Part shown: positions 25,374 through 32,000 of the stretch, one piece after another | How positions within the stretch are numbered: the stretch's first letter is position 1 | How the letters are laid out: each line of letters opens with the position of its first letter | NCBI GenBank assembly: GCA_041659405.1 | Contig: JBAZYK010000001.1 | Location: 60,001 to 92,000 of the forward strand | Direction: 5' to 3' | DNA from: Candidatus Altimarinota bacterium | GTDB lineage: Bacteria; Patescibacteriota; Gracilibacteria; UBA1369 | DNA: 32,000 nucleotides | Notes under the pieces: generated by a model | Told to the model about the DNA's origin: nothing | The model's database searches: none | The model's input: only the letters and a program-made list of their open reading frames with translations | Made by a program: the position numbers and the translations under genes

Positions 25374-26426
25374 CTATTTTTTCTTTGAATCTTTTCCGGC
25401 AAGCTCTTTTTCACAGGCCCTGCGTCTATCAAATTTGTTTATTTCTGCCTGTAGATATGCTTTTCTTCCTGCTGTTGTTGGATTTTCAACATAAGCAGCG
25501 ACCACGCTTTCCAAAGCTTCACTTTTAGATTTAAATTCTGGATCGCTATCTGTACATGTCAAAAATTCTTCCGTCTCGGTCCAATGAAGATTTTTTCGAG
25601 TTTGTTTTAACAATCCAGCAATGCCCGCGTCTTTTTTAGCTTCTTTTTTCATTCGATCTGTACATTTCACTTTTTCTGTTAGTTTTGCAGTTTCCAGTTG
25701 CATTAAAGCTCCATAAGCTTCCGTAGTTGGACTATCATAAAAGGCTTGTCTGCGCTTATCGCTTCCACCACCCGTAGTTTTGTCAGCAACAAGTTCACAA
25801 GCTTTCCAATCGGTCTGGCTCTGGCCTCCACTATAAGAGCGCATATTTAAATCTTTTTGAATAGCACCCTGCTTTTTCTCTTCATCCTTAAACGCCGGAT
25901 CCTTCATTATTTCCTGAGCTTTTTTGGCTTTTGGTGGGCATTCTATAGCCACCTGATGAAGGCAGGCATTCCCTGCTTCATATACTTCAGCTAATTTGTC
26001 AGCCAGTCCTCTTTTGATCATTTCATCATCAATACATGTGTCATTTGGATCAAATGCACCTGAACATGATGCCATAACATCGTCAGGTATATTTTTTTTA
26101 CTTAATACTCTAAGTCCACTGACACATTCTTTGCTAGCATTTTGGCAAATAAAGGCAATTTTCGGCTCAATTTTTTGTAATTCGCTAATTAGTGCGTTTT
26201 GTTCAGCCATAAGAGCAGAAACCTTGTCTTTTATGGCTTTTGCGTTCTTGGTAGCATCTTCAGAATGATCATTTTGTGGCAGCACGTTCACACTATGTCC
26301 AGTTTCAGAAGAATCAGCTTTTAAACCCAGTTGAGTTGGTGTTGGCGTTGGCGCAGTTTTTGCAGTTTGATTATGACAGGCAGCAAGCGCCAGAGATGCC
26401 GATAAAACGAAGTCTAATTTTTTCAT
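25374..26426 (-). CDS. Cys-rich helical putative lipoprotein (350 aa)
   Basis: MKKLDFVLSASLALAACHNQ with possible lipobox, Thr/Pro linker, then a mature part with 10 further Cys, e.g. CLHQVAIEC. Confidence 0.75.
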   Translation of the reverse strand: MKKLDFVLSASLALAACHNQTAKTAPTPTPTQLGLKADSSETGHSVNVLPQNDHSEDATKNAKAIKDKVSALMAEQNALISELQKIEPKIAFICQNASKECVSGLRVLSKKNIPDDVMASCSGAFDPNDTCIDDEMIKRGLADKLAEVYEAGNACLHQVAIECPPKAKKAQEIMKDPAFKDEEKKQGAIQKDLNMRSYSGGQSQTDWKACELVADKTTGGGSDKRRQAFYDSPTTEAYGALMQLETAKLTEKVKCTDRMKKEAKKDAGIAGLLKQTRKNLHWTETEEFLTCTDSDPEFKSKSEALESVVAAYVENPTTAGRKAYLQAEINKFDRRRACEKELAGKDSKKK

Positions 26427-26598
26427 TGTTGAAGGAAAATTGAGTTAAAATTGGATAACTTACGTTTGGACTGCATCCTATCCCTCAGTGGCCTTTACAT
26501 ATCCTGAAAATATTGACTCCGCCAGTGCCGGGAAAAGTACACCGTGAGTAGTAAGCCAAAAACCGACTATCCACTTTATAAACCTTCGGTGCCGAAGT

Positions 26599-27093
26599 TT
26601 ATTCATTTATTTTATCAGCCACATCGTTCATGCAGGAAAGTGCACGTTTTTCGCAAGGAATAAGTTTTTTTAAAGCTGGAGTTTCTATAGTTGCTGCTTT
26701 CATGCCTTCTATTTCACCACAAACCACAGAAGGATCTATTCCGGTTATCATTTCAAAATTATCGCATTGAGCGTCAATTCTTCGATTAATAAAATCATGA
26801 GCTGGTTCACTTAATTTAATGGATTTCCTCAATTGAGCTTCACAGTCAGTCAGTTTTTTTTCGCAATCAGCAAATTGTTTACTCAGGTCTGGAGAGGGAG
26901 TGCCTGCTAAAGTTTTTTCAATTTCGTTTCTTTGAAGATTAATTTTATGATCAATAATCATTATCTCATCTCGTGCCTCTTTTGCGGCAGCAACTCTATT
27001 CAAACATTGCCCAGCACCAAACACTTCAGCAGCTGACCCGGCTACGATACCGCCAATAACTAATGCATGTTTTATTCGTGAATCTAATGACAT
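26599..27093 (-). CDS. Cys-containing helical hypothetical protein, possibly exported
   Basis: MSLDSRIKHALVIGGIVAGSAAEVFGAGQCLNR..., internal DCEKKLTDCEAQ and CEKRALSCMNDV. ATG at 27093 preferred over TTG at 27114. Confidence 0.65.
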   Translation of the reverse strand: MSLDSRIKHALVIGGIVAGSAAEVFGAGQCLNRVAAAKEARDEIMIIDHKINLQRNEIEKTLAGTPSPDLSKQFADCEKKLTDCEAQLRKSIKLSEPAHDFINRRIDAQCDNFEMITGIDPSVVCGEIEGMKAATIETPALKKLIPCEKRALSCMNDVADKINE

Positions 27094-27125
27094 ATTTATA
27101 AAATTATTTGCCAACTAGGTAACTC

Positions 27126-27154
27126 ATTTAAACATAACTTGTATTTATTGTCAA
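27126..27154 (-). promoter_or_regulatory. Promoter for the 26599..27093 gene
   Basis: TTGACA (27149-27154), 17-nt spacer, TTAAAT (27126-27131) with TGn extension. Confidence 0.55.
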
Positions 27155-27243
27155 ATTCAAATCTACGTCTCATTGACCGCCATTCTGTACCTCAGACCCT
27201 TTTTGTGCTAAAATGATGAGAAAATTAAAAATAAAAACTAATT

Positions 27244-28677
27244 ATGGCAAATCCTCTTATCGATCTTTCGAATAATTCTTCCGGAAATGCGGATGCTGCG
27301 AAGACTACGCCTGCGGCTAAAACTCCGCCCGTGTTGGAGTTGAAACCTGAGTCGAAGCCGACCGCTGCCCCAAAAGCCCCAGTAGCTTCCGTGAAACCGG
27401 ATGCAGCTTCACCAAAACCACTGGACGAAAACCTGAGTTTTTCGAATATTTTTACCCAGTCCAAACCTACGGAAAAAGATTCAAAAATGGTTCGATCTAT
27501 CATCGCCCAAAAGGAATCTTTGCAGCAGATGAAGCCAATTTTAGGCTCTGCTCCTGATTTGGAAAAAACGCTGGAAATGGAAAAACAGTATCGTCTTAAA
27601 CGAAAATTGCGCCTGGTTCAAACATTGTTTGTGATAGTTTTTGTTTTGAGTGCAGGCATGTTTGGGTTTTTGTATACTCAACTTTCTCCGGATTTTGGCT
27701 ACTTTGGCGCAAACGTGACCCAACGGCTTACGGACGAAAATAGCAATTTGCGCAAACTTCAGACTGACTTAAACAAGGTTCATTACCTCACCGCTCAGCA
27801 GAATTTAAACAATTTCAGTTATCAGGCTGATCGCTTTTTTGGAAATATGATCAGATCGCAAGATCCGAATGTTACCGCCCAGGATAAAACCGTAGCTTTA
27901 GCCAATATCGAAGCGGCTAAAAAGACTTTACCAAATTTATTGGCTGATATTCGTGTAAATTTAACTGCTCCGTTCGTGGCTCAAACATTTCAAAGCCTGG
28001 CAGAACCGGCACAAACCGATGATGAAAAATTAAGCAAGGCCGAAGAGGATCTGCGTACTGCAATTCAGGACGATAAAAGAGCTATCGGTCCAAAACCCAC
28101 CAGCATTGACGATATTCAAACCGGTAAACTGCTGGATAATACGCTTAAACTCGTTGGAAACCGTCAACTTATCAACACAATTCAAAGTATTTCTTTAGAC
28201 GATTTCAAGAAAAGTCTTGAAGATTTTCAGGCTACGAATAATCAACAAAATGAAACTCATTTGCGTGATCTGATTGGGAAAATTCTATCTTCAACCAACA
28301 GTGAACTGGCTACGATTGCCGATGTAAAACACACCCGTATTTTATGGTCAACGATCGTAAAGCGAATTGATGGGGTAACTGCGGAAGTTTATGCCGCTTA
28401 TAATCCTCCAATCGCGCAGGATAGTATCCGTTATACCGGTTATGATTTTGATACGGCAACCAACAAAATTGTGCTTTCCGGAGCGACAAAAACGACTTCC
28501 GGAGCAAACTTCACACTGATGAGCGACTTGATGGCGCACCTGGAACAATCTCCATATTTTCAGAAAATTGAGATGCGTTCATTTTCAAAAAACAAACAGG
28601 GTGATGGCACGACAACAGCCGCCGGATATTCCGCAAATTTCAAAATTGATTTAAAGCTTTCCGCAAGCGGTTCTTGA
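27244..28677 (+). CDS. PilN-like / type IV pilus-associated membrane protein with Pro/Ala/Lys-rich cytoplasmic tail
   Basis: Single TM (LFVIVFVLSAGMFGFLYT) after a long disordered N-terminus, coiled periplasmic part, gene order before PilO-like, PilB and PilC. Confidence 0.55.
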   Translation: MANPLIDLSNNSSGNADAAKTTPAAKTPPVLELKPESKPTAAPKAPVASVKPDAASPKPLDENLSFSNIFTQSKPTEKDSKMVRSIIAQKESLQQMKPILGSAPDLEKTLEMEKQYRLKRKLRLVQTLFVIVFVLSAGMFGFLYTQLSPDFGYFGANVTQRLTDENSNLRKLQTDLNKVHYLTAQQNLNNFSYQADRFFGNMIRSQDPNVTAQDKTVALANIEAAKKTLPNLLADIRVNLTAPFVAQTFQSLAEPAQTDDEKLSKAEEDLRTAIQDDKRAIGPKPTSIDDIQTGKLLDNTLKLVGNRQLINTIQSISLDDFKKSLEDFQATNNQQNETHLRDLIGKILSSTNSELATIADVKHTRILWSTIVKRIDGVTAEVYAAYNPPIAQDSIRYTGYDFDTATNKIVLSGATKTTSGANFTLMSDLMAHLEQSPYFQKIEMRSFSKNKQGDGTTTAAGYSANFKIDLKLSASGS

Positions 28678-28699
28678 CACTTATTTGTAAATTATTTTT

Positions 28700-29356
28700 A
28701 TGGCAACAGCCGCAATTAAAAAAAGAGGTTATATCAATTCCATCCAAAGTTATTTAATTTTTGGAGCGATTCTGCTTGGCGTATCCGCCTATTTTGGCTA
28801 TCAACAAATCAACAATTACTTGGCCGCGAATGACGCTTTAAAGCTTGAACAGGACAATTTATCAACTATGCAAACCAACGTTGCCCAGGTTAAAACCGAC
28901 TACGCAAATTTGAAAAAACAATATGATGAACAGATCGCGAGCATTAATGACGCTCTGCAATTTGTGTTGCCTGAGCAGGAAGCTTATACCAATCTGGTTC
29001 GTATTTTTGATCAATTTTCCGCACAGAATAATTCACAGGCAAATCCATTTTTTGTCAGTGATGTAAAATTTGGAACTTCACGTCAGGATACCAAAAACGA
29101 CTATTCAGTTTTGCCGGTTACAATGACAATCAACGCCAGCAAAAGTAATTTAATGAAATTCCTGCAATTTATTGAAAATTCCGGAATGCTGGAAAACAAG
29201 ACCAGGCTGATGGATATTCGATCAATCAGTATTAATTTTTCTTCCGCGGATGGCGCCAGTGATCCCACCTTAAATGTTTCACTTGCCGTGAATGCTTATT
29301 TTCAAAAAACTAAAACTACTACAACAGCTACAACCGCTACAACTCCTACAAATTAA
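28700..29356 (+). CDS. PilO-like type IV pilus assembly protein
   Basis: N-terminal TM, coiled segment (LEQDNLSTMQTNVAQVKTDYANLKKQYDEQI), NLMKFLQFIENSGMLENKTRLMDIRSISINF typical of PilO. Confidence 0.7.
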   Translation: MATAAIKKRGYINSIQSYLIFGAILLGVSAYFGYQQINNYLAANDALKLEQDNLSTMQTNVAQVKTDYANLKKQYDEQIASINDALQFVLPEQEAYTNLVRIFDQFSAQNNSQANPFFVSDVKFGTSRQDTKNDYSVLPVTMTINASKSNLMKFLQFIENSGMLENKTRLMDIRSISINFSSADGASDPTLNVSLAVNAYFQKTKTTTTATTATTPTN

Positions 29357-29368
29357 GGTCTGACTACA

Positions 29369-30619
29369 ATGCCCGAAGCAACCAAATTACAACAATTACA
29401 GGACTCAATTTTAGCGGGAAATATTCCCCAGCTGGTTTTGAGCACGATTAGTTATGCTTTGGATTTGCGATCTTCCGATATCCATATAGAGCCACAGGAA
29501 AACACTGTGCGCATTCGTTATCGCGTTGATGGTGTGTTGCGCCAGATTGTTGAATACCCTTTAAATATTCATCCGGCTGTCGTTTCGCGCATTAAAATTA
29601 TGTCCAATTTGAAGATTGATGAACAACGTATTCCGCAGGATGGACGCTCGGAAGTGACCACAAAAGATGGCCGTGAAATGGATTTGCGTGTTTCAACTTT
29701 GCCAACCGTAAACGGTGAAAAGATTGTAATGCGTATTCAGGATCGTTCACGCAAAATTCCCGATCTGCCGGAACTTGGCTTGCAGTCTAGCAGTTTACGT
29801 TCTTTTGAACAGGCTTTGGCGCTTCCAAATGGAATTATTTTAACAACAGGACCAACCGGTTCGGGAAAAACTACAACCATGTATTCGGCTTTGGCCCGCC
29901 TAAATAAAATTGATGTAAATATTTTAACAATTGAAGATCCGGTAGAAATCCAAATGGATGGCTTGAATCAAAGTCAGGTTCACGCGGATATTAATTACAC
30001 CTTTGCAAATGGCTTGCGTACGGCTTTACGTCAGGATCCGAACATTATAATGGTGGGTGAAATTCGTGATCGTGAAACAATTGAAATTGCGATTGAAGCG
30101 TCTTTAACAGGTCATTTGGTTTTATCAACAATTCATACAAACAGCGCGGTGGAAACTTTAACACGTATTGATAACATGGGAGTTCCGCCATTTTTGATGG
30201 CTTCAACAATTGAACTTATTATTGCGCAGCGCTTGGTTAGAAAACTGTGCGATGCCTGCAAACAGCCCGATACTCCGAGTGCCGAGATGGTGGACAATGT
30301 AAATCATGCATTAAAAAGCTTGCAGCCGACCGATGAAATCGAACCGGAAAAACTAAAAACCATGTCTTTCTTTAAGGCGGTTGGTTGTGATGTTTGTGAG
30401 CATATCGGTTATAAAGGACGTCTTGGTTTATATGAAATTTTAAGAATGAATAATGAAATTCGCAAACTGGTTTTGGCCAGAGCGAGTTCTATAGATATAG
30501 AAAAAGCGGCAATGAAAAATGGCATGGTTACTCTGGAACAAGCCGGAATTATTAAGGCTCTTAAAGGAGAAACTGCGCTGGACGAAATTTACCGCGTGGC
30601 GAAGAGGATGGAGGAATAA
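29369..30619 (+). CDS. pilB: Type IV pilus / type II secretion assembly ATPase (PilB/GspE family)
   Basis: RSSDIHIEPQENTVRIRYRVDG, RIKIMSNLKIDEQRIPQDGR, GPTGSGKTTTMYSAL, TIEDPVE, LRTALRQDPNIIMVGEIRDRETIEIAIEASLTGHLVLSTIHTN, RLVRKLCDACK. Confidence 0.93.
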   Translation: MPEATKLQQLQDSILAGNIPQLVLSTISYALDLRSSDIHIEPQENTVRIRYRVDGVLRQIVEYPLNIHPAVVSRIKIMSNLKIDEQRIPQDGRSEVTTKDGREMDLRVSTLPTVNGEKIVMRIQDRSRKIPDLPELGLQSSSLRSFEQALALPNGIILTTGPTGSGKTTTMYSALARLNKIDVNILTIEDPVEIQMDGLNQSQVHADINYTFANGLRTALRQDPNIIMVGEIRDRETIEIAIEASLTGHLVLSTIHTNSAVETLTRIDNMGVPPFLMASTIELIIAQRLVRKLCDACKQPDTPSAEMVDNVNHALKSLQPTDEIEPEKLKTMSFFKAVGCDVCEHIGYKGRLGLYEILRMNNEIRKLVLARASSIDIEKAAMKNGMVTLEQAGIIKALKGETALDEIYRVAKRMEE

Positions 30620-30677
30620 CTCGGGATGTGGGACTTAGGTTCAATTATAAATTATAAAATTTCTTAATTAAAACGAC

Positions 30678-31955
30678 GTGCCGGAAAAACAATCGAAAGG
30701 ATTTGGACAATCAGAAAACAAACAACTCTTTACTTTAAAAGCTGAAGAGTCAAAAGAGCCTATGCTGGATAAGCAAATTCAGCTTAATATTGCCGATGCC
30801 CGCGTAGGCAAAATTCTCCTGCGTCAAAAGTTGGGTTACAATCACCTGACGGGGAATCCGATAATTGACTTTTATGGCCGTATAAATGGTTATTTTGTCG
30901 ATCACACTAAAATCAAAATCAAAGATAAGGCAACCGTTTTTCGTTTGCTTGCGGTGATGATTAATGCCGGACTTTCGATTATTAAATCATTGAAAACTCT
31001 GGCTTCGCAGAATGAAAAAATCCCAAGACTCAGCAAAACTTTGCTGCAAATGGCGGACGCGATTGAAGGTGGAAAAAGTCTTTCCGGTGCCATGGAACAA
31101 TATCCCGAGATTTTCAGTGAAGCCGAAATTGGTATGGTACATGCCGGTGAGGCTTCGGGCCAACTTAATAAAACTTTGCGTGACCTGGCGGAAGATGTGG
31201 AAAAATCGGCCAGTTTAATGGGCAAAATCAAGGGCGCCCTGGTTTATCCAATTGCGATTATGGGGCTTGTAGTTGTGGTTGTTTTTGTGATGATGATTGT
31301 GGTTGTGCCGCAACTCAGTAAACTTTTTTCGCAAACCGGTCATGATTTGCCTTTGCCAACCCAGGTTCTGATGGGCATCAGTAATTTTTCAGTAAATTTT
31401 TGGCCACTGATTTTGTTGATAGCTTCGATAAGTTTTGTGGCGATTACCGCCTGGAAAAAAACTAAATCCGGAAAATATTTTTGGGATTTGATGCTGTTGA
31501 AATTGCCGATTTTTGGCAATGTGATCCAAAAAGGTACGTTGGCAAAATTCGCCCGTTCTTTTGGAAACCTGCTTGGTAGCGGCGTTCCGATTATTAAATC
31601 TTTGGAAATTGTGGGAAATGCAATTGGCAATGAAGTTTATAAAGAAAGACTTTTTTTAACCGCGGAAGATATGAAACGCGGTATTCCGATGGCCGAGAAT
31701 ATGGCTGAAAGCAAGCTTTTTCCGTCCATGCTTGTAAACATGATTGAAATCGGCGAACAAACCGCGCAGCTTGAAAACGTGACCAAAAAAGTTGCGGAAT
31801 TTTATGATGAAGAGGTTGATAACGTGGTTAACGCGCTGACTAAAGTGATGGAGCCGATGATTATGGTGATCGTTGGTGTGGTTGTTGGAGGAATCGTTGC
31901 GGCCATCATGCTGCCAATTATTCAACTTACAAATATCACTGGTGGATTTTCGTAA
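30678..31955 (+). CDS. pilC: Type IV pilus inner membrane platform protein (PilC/GspF family); GTG start
   Basis: VFRLLAVMINAGLSIIKSLKTLASQNE, ALVYPIAIMGLVVVVVFVMMIVVVPQLSKLF, FARSFGNLLGSGVPIIKSLEIVGNAIGN, EIGEQTAQLENVTKKVAEFYDEEVDNVVNALTKVMEPMMIV-type C-terminus. Confidence 0.93.
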   Translation: MPEKQSKGFGQSENKQLFTLKAEESKEPMLDKQIQLNIADARVGKILLRQKLGYNHLTGNPIIDFYGRINGYFVDHTKIKIKDKATVFRLLAVMINAGLSIIKSLKTLASQNEKIPRLSKTLLQMADAIEGGKSLSGAMEQYPEIFSEAEIGMVHAGEASGQLNKTLRDLAEDVEKSASLMGKIKGALVYPIAIMGLVVVVVFVMMIVVVPQLSKLFSQTGHDLPLPTQVLMGISNFSVNFWPLILLIASISFVAITAWKKTKSGKYFWDLMLLKLPIFGNVIQKGTLAKFARSFGNLLGSGVPIIKSLEIVGNAIGNEVYKERLFLTAEDMKRGIPMAENMAESKLFPSMLVNMIEIGEQTAQLENVTKKVAEFYDEEVDNVVNALTKVMEPMIMVIVGVVVGGIVAAIMLPIIQLTNITGGFS

Positions 31956-31981
31956 AATTATAAAAATCTAAACTAACCAAT

Positions 31982-32000
31982 ATGAACATCAAAAAATACA
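31982..32000 (+). CDS. Possible start of the next pilus-operon gene (MNIKKY...), truncated by window edge
   Basis: ATG 27 nt after the pilC-like stop with a Lys-rich start, as in prepilin leaders; too short to identify. Confidence 0.3.

Noticed and set aside
1-32000. Alternative genetic code (UGA as Gly, as in Gracilibacteria)
   Set aside because: Several conserved genes end naturally at TGA and confident ORFs lack internal TGA, so code 11 fits.
1-32000. Prophage, transposon, restriction-modification, toxin-antitoxin, retron or CRISPR-Cas locus
   Set aside because: No integrase, transposase, reverse transcriptase, Cas, methylase/REase pair or regular repeat-spacer array seen; the single HNH gene is not enough.

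Overview
This window is a mostly housekeeping chromosomal segment. It probably comes from a Peregrinibacteria/CPR-like bacterium using the standard code; that lineage call is an inference from SLH proteins, family content and the TGA stops. Genes supported by protein signatures are rlmH, an HNH nuclease, a YajQ-family protein, an RlmD/TrmA-family rRNA methyltransferase, cca, tsaD, hisS, a membrane thioredoxin-like protein with a DsbA-like protein, an SLH protein, a small lipoprotein, NAD-malic enzyme, GDPD, yebC, a TrmB-family regulator, two Cys-rich ORFs, nrnA-like and recJ DHH enzymes, miaA, rplJ-rplL and a type IV pilus block (PilN/PilO-like, PilB, PilC). No CRISPR array, transposon, phage or convincing tRNA was found. 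The most interesting items are: (1) a pair of adjacent Cys-rich ORFs that look like the C-terminal and N-terminal halves of one CPR-type Cys-rich family, encoded as separate genes in reversed order and divergent from a TrmB-family regulator with a palindrome in the intergenic region; (2) an L10 leader RNA with its own promoter, alternative pairings, an extra hairpin region and a terminator directly before rplJ; (3) a pair of Cys-rich, apparently exported helical proteins beside the pilus genes; (4) a 29-residue spacer in the Fe-S cysteine loop of the rRNA m5U methyltransferase; (5) a possibly leaderless cca transcript. Small CDSs missed by the ORF track are an edge-truncated secreted Ser/Arg/Pro-repeat protein at 1..310 and a possible 54-aa peptide at 20868..21032.
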